From the NCBI GenBank assembly GCA_012212665.1, contig GCA_012212665.1_4517.1: DNA of 64,000 nt, one strand, 5' to 3'. The notes beneath the pieces are model-generated. The model was not told the DNA's origin. It saw only the letters and a list, made by a program, of their open reading frames with translations, and did not search any database. Positions 54,366 to 63,754 of the stretch are shown here, one piece after another. Within the stretch, counting starts at the first letter, position 1. Each line of letters starts with the position of its first letter. Origin of the DNA: a phage. The position numbers and the translations under genes were made by a program.

Positions 54366-54455
54366 GCATTGATAAGCACTAAACTACACTGTGAATAAAA
54401 TTCTGGACCAAAATGAAAAATCATATCATTTATAGTATCCATAATATAATTCAAT

Positions 54456-54926
54456 TTAATCATGTTTCCACACCCCATCGGTATTTGACCAAAGTCGCTG
54501 ATTATCTGATCCTCGCCACAACTTTTTGGTCGGAAGATTTTTCTCATACTTCCCATCAATAATAACATCAACATATTTAAGCATTTCTAGTTGTTTAATA
54601 TCTTCAAACTTATATCCTGTCCACAACCAAATGCTTTTATTGGGATAAAGATTTTTAATAGTTTGTACCACAGAGTGAATCACGTCTCTGTTATCAGGAT
54701 AAAGAGGGTCACCTCCAGTTATAGTTAATCCTTCTATATAATCATTATTCAAACATTCAATTAATTGTTCTAGTGTTTCACCAGTGAATGGAATACCATT
54801 TCTAGCATTCCATGTTGATTTATTATAACACCCTTCGCATTTATGCAAACAACCTGTAACGAAAAGAACGACCCTGCAACCAGGGCCATTCACAAAATCA
54901 CAAGGATAAAATCTATCATAATTCAT
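54456..54926 (-). CDS. nrdG: Anaerobic ribonucleotide reductase activating protein NrdG (radical SAM)
   Basis: 156 aa; N-terminal Cys cluster (CRVVLFVTGCLHKCEGC) typical of NrdG; T4 synteny. Confidence 0.9.
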   Translation of the reverse strand: MNYDRFYPCDFVNGPGCRVVLFVTGCLHKCEGCYNKSTWNARNGIPFTGETLEQLIECLNNDYIEGLTITGGDPLYPDNRDVIHSVVQTIKNLYPNKSIWLWTGYKFEDIKQLEMLKYVDVIIDGKYEKNLPTKKLWRGSDNQRLWSNTDGVWKHD

Positions 54927-56740
54927 TGGTGTTTAACCCTATGCATTATTTCTTTATTTTTACCGAGATTAAATCCGCGTTCGTTCGGATTTCCCAGATA
55001 GCCGCATGTTCTTCTTATTGTGTTCATCTTTTTAGGATCAGTTTCTCCACAAACTGAACAAACAAATCCATTTTCAGTAGGAGTCATTTCATGGGTACTT
55101 CCGCATGTAAAACATTTATCTACTGGCATATTAACACCAAAATAATCTAAATGCTGTGCAGCATAATCCCATACAGCCTCAAGTCCCTTTAAGTTATTTT
55201 TCATATCAGGAAGTTCAACATAAGAAATGTGACCACCCGTCGCAATGAAATGATATGGCGCTTCACGAGAAATTTTTTCAAACGGAGTGATATTTTCTTC
55301 TACTGAAACGTGGAAACTGTTAGTGTACCATCCTTTATCAGTAACATCCTTTACACTTCCATATTTTTCAGTATCGAGTTTACAGAAACGATAACACAAG
55401 TTTTCAGCAGGAGTAGAATACAAGCTAAAAGCAAATCCGGTTCTTTCTGTCCACTGTTTAAGACGGGCATTCATTTTAGTTAAAATTTCTTGTCCGATAT
55501 CACGACCAACAAGAATATTCAATTCGTGAATACCAATGTATCCTAAGGACACTGAACTTCTGCCGTTTTTAAATAACTCAATTATATCGTCATCGGGTTT
55601 AAGACGAACCCCGAATGCACCTTCTTGGTAAAGAATAGGAGCAACAGTCGCTTTAACTCCTTTTAAGGAACTAATTCTACACATCAATGCTTCAAAACAC
55701 AAATCCATTCGTTCATTGAACAATTCAACAAATTTCTGTTCGTTAAATTGTGTTCCAACATAAGAATCTAACGCAATTCGAGGAAGATTCAGCGTTACAA
55801 CACCAAGATTATTACGTCCATCAAGAATTTCATTACCAGTCGAATCTTTCCATACGCTCAAGAAACTACGGCAACCCATCGGAGAAACAGGAATAGATGA
55901 ACCAGTGATAGCTTTATTATTCTTAACTGAAATAATATCAGGATACATCCTTTTACTTGCACACTCTAGAGCAAGCTGCTTAATATCATAGTTCGGGTCG
56001 TCTTTATAAAGATTAACACCTTCTTCAACGAACATGACAAGCTTAGGAAAAATAGGAGTTATCCCATCACGGCCAAGACCTTTAATACGATTTTTCAGAA
56101 TTGCTTTCTGAATCATTCGCTCGGCCCAGTCAGTTCCCGTACCAAATGTAATCGTTACAAAAGGCGTTTGCCCGTTTGAACTAAAGAGAGTATTTACTTC
56201 ATATTCATAAGCTTGGAATGCATCATATACATCTTTTTCTGTTTTAGATTGAGCATAATTCAGTGCATCAGCGATTTGCCATTTTTCCGCGTCCTCGATA
56301 TGTTTTGCATAGGTGCGTTTAACATAAGGAGAAAGTACTTTATCTACATTCGCAAAAGTCGTTCCGCCGTATTGATGAGAAGCAACTTGCGCAGTAATTT
56401 GTGCCATAATTGCAGTAGCAACACCGATTGATTTAGGTGTTTCAATCTGCGCATTACCAAGCTTAAACCCGTTCTCAAGCATTCCTTTTAAATCTACTAA
56501 ACAGCAATTAGTAAACGGAAGAGCAGGAGAATAATCAATATCGTGGAAATGGATAATTCCGCTTTCATGCGCTTTCATAATAAAAGACGGGACCATATTT
56601 TTGGCAATGTGTTTAGACACAATACCAGCCATAAGGTCCCGTTGAGTTGGAAAAACACGAGAATCTTTATTAGCATTCTCGTTCAAAAGATCTTTATTAG
56701 TTTTACGAATTAATCCTTCAATTTCTTTTTCAATTTTCAT
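54923..56740 (-). CDS. nrdD: Anaerobic ribonucleoside-triphosphate reductase NrdD (intronless)
   Basis: 605 aa continuous ORF; C-terminal zinc ribbon (CFTCGSTH...CSVCG) and glycyl-radical motif RRTCGYLG. Confidence 0.92.
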   Translation of the reverse strand: MKIEKEIEGLIRKTNKDLLNENANKDSRVFPTQRDLMAGIVSKHIAKNMVPSFIMKAHESGIIHFHDIDYSPALPFTNCCLVDLKGMLENGFKLGNAQIETPKSIGVATAIMAQITAQVASHQYGGTTFANVDKVLSPYVKRTYAKHIEDAEKWQIADALNYAQSKTEKDVYDAFQAYEYEVNTLFSSNGQTPFVTITFGTGTDWAERMIQKAILKNRIKGLGRDGITPIFPKLVMFVEEGVNLYKDDPNYDIKQLALECASKRMYPDIISVKNNKAITGSSIPVSPMGCRSFLSVWKDSTGNEILDGRNNLGVVTLNLPRIALDSYVGTQFNEQKFVELFNERMDLCFEALMCRISSLKGVKATVAPILYQEGAFGVRLKPDDDIIELFKNGRSSVSLGYIGIHELNILVGRDIGQEILTKMNARLKQWTERTGFAFSLYSTPAENLCYRFCKLDTEKYGSVKDVTDKGWYTNSFHVSVEENITPFEKISREAPYHFIATGGHISYVELPDMKNNLKGLEAVWDYAAQHLDYFGVNMPVDKCFTCGSTHEMTPTENGFVCSVCGETDPKKMNTIRRTCGYLGNPNERGFNLGKNKEIMHRVKHQ

Positions 56741-57210
56741 TTTAAACTCTTTCTAAGCTGCTTTTTGAATGAAGCTATTAATTGTGTTTTAGTATCAGAT
56801 TCATTATATTCAAATCCTCTTTGAAGCATCTCGGCCATCATTTCATCTTTACCTAGTCTTGAGAACTCTTTAGTTTTGTCTGGAACAAAATTAGGATGGA
56901 TATTATTATCAGAATAATCTTGTTTCAAATAATCAAGAAGAGATTCAAGCCATTCTAGGTAGTCAACGTTTTGACCTTTCAAACCGGAACGGTTGAACTT
57001 ATGCTTCATTTGACCTTCTGCTGCGTTGCACAGATTACAGAGTAATCCACGAACTCTACCGGCTTTTGGCCCATTTAATTCGTGGTCATGGTCAAGATGG
57101 TTACCTTGAACATCAGGGTCTAATTCACGGTGGCAAATAGGACACTTACCGTTCTGTGCATCATAAAATTTTTGTTTTTCTTCTTTATATTTTGCGCCTG
57201 ATAATAACAT
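56737..57210 (-). CDS. 49: Recombination endonuclease VII gp49 (Holliday junction resolvase)
   Basis: 157 aa; near-identical to T4 endo VII (KYKEEKQKFYDAQNGKC.IC.REL.PDVQ.NHLDHDHELNGPKAG.VRGLLCNLCNAAEGQMKHKFNRSGLKGQ). Confidence 0.92.
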   Translation of the reverse strand: MLLSGAKYKEEKQKFYDAQNGKCPICHRELDPDVQGNHLDHDHELNGPKAGRVRGLLCNLCNAAEGQMKHKFNRSGLKGQNVDYLEWLESLLDYLKQDYSDNNIHPNFVPDKTKEFSRLGKDEMMAEMLQRGFEYNESDTKTQLIASFKKQLRKSLK

Positions 57211-57239
57211 GATAAACCCTTACCTTAAATAGATAAGGG

Positions 57240-57247
57240 TATTTATA
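57240..57247 (-). promoter_or_regulatory. Late promoter (TATAAATA) upstream of gene 49
   Basis: Exact TATAAATA on the minus strand about 30 nt upstream of the gene 49 ATG; T4 gene 49 is known to have a late promoter. Confidence 0.55.
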
Positions 57248-57248
57248 A

Positions 57249-57428
57249 TTTAGTAAACGTTATAAAAGTCTCGATGGAAACGCTTATACTGTCGAATCAT
57301 TCTTTTAGTAGGACGAGTTTCTGAAATAATTGAAGTCCTCATATTTGGATTGTTTGGGGCCCCAATCATAATAAATTTCCAGGATTTTTGCCCATTTTTT
57401 CTTTCACCATAAAATAATTCAGTTTTCA
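57249..57428 (-). CDS. Small basic protein (59 aa), paralogue of 57854..58051
   Basis: Unannotated ORF; C-terminus SETRPTKRMIRQYKRFHRDFYNVY parallels FTVRPTKRQLRKAKRSHRNFYRGY. Confidence 0.35.
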
Positions 57429-57438
57429 TAATAAACCT

Positions 57439-57852
57439 TTAACTTAAACGTCTTTCTAAATATTCAATGTATTCCGCTGCGGCTTGCATCAGATTACCTT
57501 CATAGCCATCGTTATTTTCTTGTCCAGCTAATTTAGCTAACGCATAAGAAATACGTTCACCTTCGAATTCGCCAAGTCCACCATCACAAACTACTCGGTC
57601 AATTTCTTCGAGTTCATCTATTGAATGGGATTCCCAGAAGCACCAAAGAGAAGTATCACGGTCATAGATGCAAAGTTTCTCACCTGTGTTCAACATCACT
57701 TCGATAATGCCATGGTCGCCATAACCATCTTCGGTAGTAGTACCAATTACCTTGATGATCGTATCTTTCTTTAATTCAGGAAACTTGTCTTGTAGTTCTT
57801 CATCTTCTTTAACAATCTTGAACCATTTACCGCGAGTTTCAGAAATATTCAT
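57439..57852 (-). CDS. Hypothetical acidic protein (pin-region)
   Basis: Start placed at internal Met MNISETRGKWFK; the upstream part of the ORF looks like non-coding read-through. Confidence 0.4.
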   Translation of the reverse strand: MNISETRGKWFKIVKEDEELQDKFPELKKDTIIKVIGTTTEDGYGDHGIIEVMLNTGEKLCIYDRDTSLWCFWESHSIDELEEIDRVVCDGGLGEFEGERISYALAKLAGQENNDGYEGNLMQAAAEYIEYLERRLS

Positions 57853-57853
57853 A

Positions 57854-58051
57854 TCAATATCCTCTATAAAAGTTACGATGAGAACGTTTAGCTTTGCGAA
57901 GCTGACGTTTAGTAGGACGAACTGTAAATGGTTGCCCAGAGAAAAAATTCGGATCGGTTTTAATAAGCAAATACCAATCATGTTTGCCATTTTTTAATAA
58001 ACGGTACAATAATTTAACTTGCATAATAATCTCTTCCAATTTCCATATCAA
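57854..58051 (-). CDS. Small basic protein, paralogue of 57249..57428
   Basis: 65 aa; shared C-terminal RPTKR...R.HR.FY..Y motif. Confidence 0.4.
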   Translation of the reverse strand: MIWKLEEIIMQVKLLYRLLKNGKHDWYLLIKTDPNFFSGQPFTVRPTKRQLRKAKRSHRNFYRGY

Positions 58052-58152
58052 TTAATTCATTTATTGAAGGTTCATCATAACATGGTTCTTCGTCGTTGTA
58101 AACCGTTTCGACGTCTGGCTCGACAGTCTCCCATCGAGCAGAATACCACGGT

Positions 58153-58509
58153 TTAACCCCGGAGTTTATTGAGCTCTTCATAATCAATCCAGGATTCTAG
58201 CCCTGACGGCAGGTCACATTCAATGTTCCACAGAAGCTCTTCAATGGCTTGCAGGCGATTATATTCTTCAACGGTAATGGTAACCATTGGTGCAACCGGT
58301 TCTGCCTTTTTAACAATCATATCGTTCATCAGGATGTAAAGGTCATCACGAACGACAGTGTCGTTCCATCCCCATGATTTGGCTTCGTAAGCTAATGTTG
58401 AAGGTAGCACATTTAAAACTTCAATAATAGTTGGAGCATCAGGACCAAGTTCATTGGCACAAACTTCGTATACATCCTGGAAATCTTTAAGATTTAATGA
58501 ATATGTCAT
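58153..58509 (-). CDS. Hypothetical acidic protein
   Basis: ORF of 118 aa. Confidence 0.5.
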   Translation of the reverse strand: MTYSLNLKDFQDVYEVCANELGPDAPTIIEVLNVLPSTLAYEAKSWGWNDTVVRDDLYILMNDMIVKKAEPVAPMVTITVEEYNRLQAIEELLWNIECDLPSGLESWIDYEELNKLRG

Positions 58510-58527
58510 TTAAAATTTTCTCGCAGG

Positions 58528-58824
58528 TTATTGTTCTACCCATGAACAAGAGACTTCAAAATCAGGACCACCGTATTCCCAGTGATATTCACCAACAGGA
58601 ATCCAGTCACCGTGCTCGTTTTCTTCATAGTCCTCAGGCTCAAGGCCAACGAATCGCCATTGGACACCGATGATTCGATTACCCATCATTACTCGAAATT
58701 CGCCCCATGGATTATCGATAGCATACTGAATATCGTTCTTGGCACGAGAGCACATTTCTTGATATAATAAAGCTTCTAATTCACCCTGGTCATAAGGGCC
58801 AGGGAAAGTTAAATCAATACTCAT
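58528..58824 (-). CDS. Hypothetical acidic protein
   Basis: ORF of 98 aa. Confidence 0.5.
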   Translation of the reverse strand: MSIDLTFPGPYDQGELEALLYQEMCSRAKNDIQYAIDNPWGEFRVMMGNRIIGVQWRFVGLEPEDYEENEHGDWIPVGEYHWEYGGPDFEVSCSWVEQ

Positions 58825-59084
58825 TTAAAATATTCTCGTAGTTGGTCAAATCCACCAATGTGACTTCCGTCAGGAGCAAACACCTGAGGCATCGTCAATC
58901 CAACATGTGTTTCACGTCCAAGCTTAGCCAGAAGCTCAGCAATTTTCTCATCATCAAAAACACCTTTTTCCGGCATAACATTAATGAATTCGAATGGCTG
59001 TTTCTTAACAGTCAGCAATCGTTTCGCATTATCGCAATAAATGCATTTATGAATAGTAGAGTCGTACCCGTACACTTTAAACAT
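58821..59084 (-). CDS. nrdC: Thioredoxin/glutaredoxin NrdC
   Basis: About 87 aa from MFKVYGYD; CIYC active site; near-identical to T4 NrdC (KRLLTVKKQPFEFIN.MPEKGVFDDEKIAELL.KLGR.T..GLTMPQVFAPDGSHIGGFDQLREYFK). Confidence 0.88.
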   Translation of the reverse strand: MFKVYGYDSTIHKCIYCDNAKRLLTVKKQPFEFINVMPEKGVFDDEKIAELLAKLGRETHVGLTMPQVFAPDGSHIGGFDQLREYFK

Positions 59085-59490
59085 TATTTTTCCTTTCATC
59101 GATTAAATATGCAACGCCAAATACAATACATGTAATAAAACCTGTGATACAGATAGAAACCAACAACACTGTACCAAAGAACCAAATCAAGTTATCTTTA
59201 GTAGTTTGTTTGATATCCATCTCACGAATTTCTATAGCTATCGTATCACCTTTATTCAGAAGCGTATAAAACGACGGTGATACACGCCTGTCAAAAACTC
59301 GTCCTTGCTCATCTTTATAGACTGCAATAAATTCCAATTTAGAATATTTTCCTGTAGATTGTCCTGAGATTAATTCCACTACCTCCACAGGAATTACTTT
59401 AGTTTCCATGTAAGTATTCTGGCTGTTCCAAATGAATGGAATAATAGCAAAAACTAAAGCTGCGATAAAACAACGAAGGCTATATCTCAT
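59077..59490 (-). CDS. Membrane protein
   Basis: 137 aa; N- and C-terminal hydrophobic helices. Confidence 0.5.
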   Translation of the reverse strand: MRYSLRCFIAALVFAIIPFIWNSQNTYMETKVIPVEVVELISGQSTGKYSKLEFIAVYKDEQGRVFDRRVSPSFYTLLNKGDTIAIEIREMDIKQTTKDNLIWFFGTVLLVSICITGFITCIVFGVAYLIDERKNNV

Positions 59491-59795
59491 TATAATGTTC
59501 TCTCAAAATTGTGGAAGCATTTACGGCATTTCAATTTCAAGTTATCAGTGGTCCAGTTAACCAGTTGGACTTGGATAGTTCCACATTCCGGACATGGGTG
59601 TTTTGCTGCCGATTTGGCAGCATTTTCACGTCGTTCAACCATTTTCATGATTTCGTTCCATGCTGGAGGAACGAACTCTTCTTCACCGTGGATTTTATCT
59701 CGCTGAACAAATTCAATCTTTGAACTATCGTCAATAAACTTAACCAAGCTGTGATTAGTGTTCATATCAATATCCTCTAAAAGACGTAGTTTCAT
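59490..59795 (-). CDS. Hypothetical protein with C-terminal zinc ribbon
   Basis: 101 aa; CPECG...CRKC. Confidence 0.5.
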   Translation of the reverse strand: MKLRLLEDIDMNTNHSLVKFIDDSSKIEFVQRDKIHGEEEFVPPAWNEIMKMVERRENAAKSAAKHPCPECGTIQVQLVNWTTDNLKLKCRKCFHNFERTL

Positions 59796-60745
59796 TATAA
59801 AACCTCAATGGCATTTCGTAAACCATCCGCTTTCGCATTCAGAGCTTTTAACGATTTAGTTTGTTCTGCAATCTGGGCTTCGACTTCTTTCAGACGAGAT
59901 TTGAGATATTCGCGTTCTTCTCTTAAGTTATCAACTTTTTCTGCTTTAGGCTCTTTAATAGTCTTAAGTTTATACTCGTTAGGGGACTTCAGCTTAATTC
60001 GGGTACGAGAACTGTATAACATTGAACCGTTATCTTCGGATTCGTCGAACGTTTCAACAACATCCATAGTCTCTAACAATGTAATAAGTTTATAAGACAA
60101 CGAACGAACGGTTTTGTTATGCTTATTAATTTCTTCAGCTTTCATGGTACCGAGATTACGTGAGTAGTAATAAGGAACCTGGATATCAATTGATAATGAT
60201 GCGTTACCATTACCGGTTGGTTTGAATACTGCAGTAACCCAATCTTTAACATGAACTTTATTTGTACGACCATCGCCACCTGTGAATAATTTACGAGAAT
60301 GTTTAAAAAGCATATTCACTTGGTTATTGAATTCACAAGCAAATTTATCAGCAAATTTAGTTTCAGGAATGGTAGATAACCAATCAGCCAAATGAGTCTT
60401 TTTAACATCATTAACAATAGTGAATTCAACCAAATCGGTTTTAGATGTCACAGATTTAATAAAGCTCGGCTTCATAAAGTTTTTGATGTTATCACGAGCT
60501 ACAGTAGAAGATAATAAACGAGAACGTTTGAACCATTGAAGCAGTGTCCCTAATGAATGAGAATATGCATTTTGAGTATCTTTACAGATATGATTTTCTT
60601 GGCCTGTGTATGTACCAAAATCGCGAAGAATACCACTTACTACATCTCGGTGTGGAACATCAAATCCTAGTGCACCAGAAGCGCGCTGAGCATGAACGTT
60701 AGCGATAAGACCGGCAAAGTATTCAATGTAATGTGAACGTGTCAT
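59795..60745 (-). CDS. Hypothetical protein with C-terminal coiled coil
   Basis: 316 aa; C-terminus LREEREYLKSRLKEVEAQIAEQTKSLKALNAKADGLRNAIEVL; own conserved early promoter. Confidence 0.5.
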   Translation of the reverse strand: MTRSHYIEYFAGLIANVHAQRASGALGFDVPHRDVVSGILRDFGTYTGQENHICKDTQNAYSHSLGTLLQWFKRSRLLSSTVARDNIKNFMKPSFIKSVTSKTDLVEFTIVNDVKKTHLADWLSTIPETKFADKFACEFNNQVNMLFKHSRKLFTGGDGRTNKVHVKDWVTAVFKPTGNGNASLSIDIQVPYYYSRNLGTMKAEEINKHNKTVRSLSYKLITLLETMDVVETFDESEDNGSMLYSSRTRIKLKSPNEYKLKTIKEPKAEKVDNLREEREYLKSRLKEVEAQIAEQTKSLKALNAKADGLRNAIEVL

Positions 60746-60773
60746 AATATTTTCCTCTCGTTAAGATAGGTTC

Positions 60774-60803
60774 ATTATACTCCAACCATCCTTGGTTGTA
60801 AAC
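60774..60803 (-). promoter_or_regulatory. Early promoter (conserved family block)
   Basis: TTATACTCCAACCATCCTTGGTTGTAAAC on the forward strand, i.e. GTTTAC-18 nt-TATAAT on the minus strand; near-identical to 18795..18824. Confidence 0.55.
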
Positions 60804-60807
60804 TGAT

Positions 60808-61767
60808 TTATGATTTTAACGCATTCATTGCGTTAAAAAGTTTAGAGTACTGCAACTGGAGCTTAGTAACTACTTGTTGAGCATCACGAAGCTTAGCTTG
60901 TGCTTTGTCAAGTTCAACAGACAGTTGGTCCATAGTGGCCTTGATTTGATTGTAATGGTAATCTTCGACCGGAAGAAGGTCATTAGAAACATTTAGTTTT
61001 ACTGCAGACAGTTTGCACACATTTGGCAAACCTTTAAACATTGATTTACCCGAAGTAGAATAAGCACTTAGGACTTCGGCCTGTTCAATTGGGGTCCCAG
61101 TAAGCGATGCTTCAAACAATGCATTTTCCTTTTTAAGATTTTGATAATATTCGGAGTCTTTGTGCCACCATGGCGCAGGAACCTTTTTACCAATAGATAC
61201 ACGAGCCTGGATAGCGATATGGCCCTTATTCTTGATAGGGTCGATAATATTAAGCTCACGAGAATAAATTGCTTTAATCTGGTGGATATTATCACCTAAC
61301 ACTTCCAACGCTTGGTGGAATACACGAGCAACGTTATCATTCTTAGGTTTATACGTAAGAGTGAACTCATTCTCACTGATAACCATGATTTCCAACTTAT
61401 CGTAAGTATATTTCAAATGTTTCATGTTAATTGCTTGAGGACGAATACGAGAAGCAATGGCCATCAGATTGTTAAGGTTATTCCGGAACTGCTTAGCGAA
61501 ATATTGTCCTTCACCGCCAATACAAAAATTACGAAGTTTCTGTTTGGCTAATAAACGGCTGAACTCACCATTTTTAATGAACTCTTTAACGGGTGTGTTA
61601 GTAACGCATTCAAATTGGGTAAACATACGAGAAGTAATCCCATAATATGAACAGATTTCCTCAATCTCTTCAGGAGTCTTTACAGGCATACGGATAGGAT
61701 TAGGTCCTGGAGTATATGCGTTCGAGGTAAATTCTTTGATAAGTTCTCTACGTGTAATAAAAGCCAT
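60808..61767 (-). CDS. Hypothetical protein with C-terminal coiled coil
   Basis: 319 aa; C-terminus QLSVELDKAQAKLRDAQQVVTKLQLQYSKLFNAMNALKS. Confidence 0.5.
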   Translation of the reverse strand: MAFITRRELIKEFTSNAYTPGPNPIRMPVKTPEEIEEICSYYGITSRMFTQFECVTNTPVKEFIKNGEFSRLLAKQKLRNFCIGGEGQYFAKQFRNNLNNLMAIASRIRPQAINMKHLKYTYDKLEIMVISENEFTLTYKPKNDNVARVFHQALEVLGDNIHQIKAIYSRELNIIDPIKNKGHIAIQARVSIGKKVPAPWWHKDSEYYQNLKKENALFEASLTGTPIEQAEVLSAYSTSGKSMFKGLPNVCKLSAVKLNVSNDLLPVEDYHYNQIKATMDQLSVELDKAQAKLRDAQQVVTKLQLQYSKLFNAMNALKS

Positions 61768-61793
61768 TTTATATTCCTCATGTTGAAAAATTT

Positions 61794-61822
61794 ATTATAC
61801 TCCAACCATCCTTGGTTGTACA
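61794..61822 (-). promoter_or_regulatory. Early promoter (conserved family block, -35 variant TGTACA)
   Basis: TTATACTCCAACCATCCTTGGTTGTACA block upstream of the 60808..61767 gene. Confidence 0.5.
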
Positions 61823-62818
61823 TCATTCCTTAAGAAGTTTTACTACCTGAATAAGATTAGCTCGTTCTGTTTTATTTTTACCATTTAAGCCTGCTAATCG
61901 TGAGATTTCATCGTCAGTCTGTTGAATAGTTACATTAAGTTCATTAATCAAAGCTTCAAAGTATTTGATTTGCTCAGCATGTTTTGATTCAAATTTCTGA
62001 ACCGGAATAACGTCTTGGTTTAGTTCGTCAATAAGGTCTTTAAGAGCATCTTCTTGGTTGATATCATATTCAACTTCTTTTATTTCTTCAACGAGCTCGT
62101 CTTTATATCTAACGTCTTTTAGTCCTGGTGCTGGTCCTGAAATCTCTTCTTTAAGAGTACAAACATACCCAATACGGTATCCAATGCCGTCTCGCTTAAT
62201 ATCAACTTCGTCGATAAATCCACAATGTTTAAGACCAGAGCCGATTATGTCAAAATATCCTTGACGTCGTCCTTCAAACGTTACACGAACTACTAAGACA
62301 GTTTTGCCACCAACCTTTTGAAGCTCACATTTATAAAAGTCTGTTGAACCTGAATAACGTGGATGAGTTTTAAAGTTCATCTGACGATCTAGGCCCATTT
62401 GTAAACGTGCTGTTACGGCCATAAAACGTGTTTGGTTCTCGTTAAGATGAGCAACAATCCATTTCAAAGGCATTTTACACTGTTCACGACCGAACAAATC
62501 AGTACGTCCTAGATTACGCAGGATATTGTTAGAGTTAATCATCGACAGAACGTTAAGTTTATTCAGCGCGCTGAAGATTCCATCAGCCATTGATTTTCCA
62601 TAACCTTTACACGCTTTAATAAGTGCTCGCGGCAGATTAGTATAGATTTCAGACGGCATATGAAAATCAAATTTACTAGTCAGTAATTGATGAACTTGGA
62701 TAGCAATTTGCTCATAATTAAGTGCTCTGCGATCGTTATGGTCTTTAAACCACACTTTAATCTGTGAAGCACATAAACCGTTAATTTCATGTTTTACCGC
62801 ATCAGATGTAATGCTCAT
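61823..62818 (-). CDS. Hypothetical protein with acidic region and C-terminal coiled coil
   Basis: 331 aa. Confidence 0.5.
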   Translation of the reverse strand: MSITSDAVKHEINGLCASQIKVWFKDHNDRRALNYEQIAIQVHQLLTSKFDFHMPSEIYTNLPRALIKACKGYGKSMADGIFSALNKLNVLSMINSNNILRNLGRTDLFGREQCKMPLKWIVAHLNENQTRFMAVTARLQMGLDRQMNFKTHPRYSGSTDFYKCELQKVGGKTVLVVRVTFEGRRQGYFDIIGSGLKHCGFIDEVDIKRDGIGYRIGYVCTLKEEISGPAPGLKDVRYKDELVEEIKEVEYDINQEDALKDLIDELNQDVIPVQKFESKHAEQIKYFEALINELNVTIQQTDDEISRLAGLNGKNKTERANLIQVVKLLKE

Positions 62819-62880
62819 AACTATTTCCTCAGATTGAATTGGAACTCAAAACCATTATAACCCGTCCTTGGGTAAAGCGT

Positions 62881-63408
62881 TTATGCGTGAACCGTCTTTA
62901 AACGTTCTTCAAATTTCCGAAGAGTACTAATACGTTCTGCTTTCTGTTTTGTATAGTTTGCAATACGTTCTGAAGTGAGAGCGTATCGTTCGTTTACTGT
63001 TTCTTTCATGAAGTCAGGGATTTCACGAGAAGCTTTAATTTCATCAAACTTGTCGAGTACTGCCTGGTCTTCAGCGATTAAATTTTCATACATCTCGATA
63101 TCTTTCTTGATAAACTCGATATCTTCCTGGGTTACTTTGGATAAACGAGACGCTTTATCCTTTTTGTACTGCTCGTTAGTTTCACGAGACCAGAATAATG
63201 TACGTTTTTTGTTAGTGTTTTTGTAGACTTCCACAATTCCAACTGAATCGATGATAACAATCCAATTCCAGCGAGATTTGAAAATCTGACCTCCGTCAAC
63301 GGTAATCTCGTTATCATAAGCAACGTCATTAAAGAACTTGCTTTGTGCTTCAGATTTAAATTTACCGTCGTTATAATTTACCAGGTTGAAAATATCTTTA
63401 GCGTTCAT
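62881..63408 (-). CDS. Hypothetical protein
   Basis: 175 aa with GGAGGT Shine-Dalgarno and upstream early promoter. Confidence 0.5.
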   Translation of the reverse strand: MNAKDIFNLVNYNDGKFKSEAQSKFFNDVAYDNEITVDGGQIFKSRWNWIVIIDSVGIVEVYKNTNKKRTLFWSRETNEQYKKDKASRLSKVTQEDIEFIKKDIEMYENLIAEDQAVLDKFDEIKASREIPDFMKETVNERYALTSERIANYTKQKAERISTLRKFEERLKTVHA

Positions 63409-63435
63409 GTTTTACCTCCAGTAGTTGATAGGTCT

Positions 63436-63464
63436 ATAATAACATAACCATAGACCTTGTAAAC
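63436..63464 (-). promoter_or_regulatory. Early promoter
   Basis: Minus strand GTTTAC-17 nt-TATTAT with the GGTCTATAATA block shared with 4971 and 29971. Confidence 0.5.
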
Positions 63465-63466
63465 AA

Positions 63467-63754
63467 CTAAAAGAAACTTTTTTCAGTATTTTTTCCACTG
63501 AACCAAACAGACTTCGGGATTTTTTGTAATTTTTCAGATTTAAGTTTCTCTTCCTGTTCTTTCTTATATACACTCTTGTCGTACTGGAGCATCTCTATGG
63601 CATTCTTTTGCAAATGATCTAAGGTAATTAAGGCTTTAGTTTTTCCTTTCAAGGAAGAGTCCTGGCGAACTTCCTCGCTATATTGCATCGTAGAACTAAC
63701 CATACGATGTGCATACAGTTCGACTGCGGCTTTGATTTTTTGCATAAAATCCAT
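63467..63754 (-). CDS. Hypothetical protein
   Basis: ORF of 95 aa. Confidence 0.45.
   Translation of the reverse strand: MDFMQKIKAAVELYAHRMVSSTMQYSEEVRQDSSLKGKTKALITLDHLQKNAIEMLQYDKSVYKKEQEEKLKSEKLQKIPKSVWFSGKNTEKSFF

Noticed and set aside
54923-56740. Group I intron or homing endonuclease insertion in nrdD, as in T4
   Set aside because: The NrdD reading frame is continuous over 605 codons through to the glycyl-radical motif; no interrupting stop or extra ORF is present.
57439-57990. Full-length 183-aa ORF as the pin-like gene
   Set aside because: The first 46 codons are hydrophobic low-complexity sequence overlapping the upstream small ORF region with no Shine-Dalgarno; the internal Met at 57852 is a more plausible start, so the gene was shortened and not named pin.
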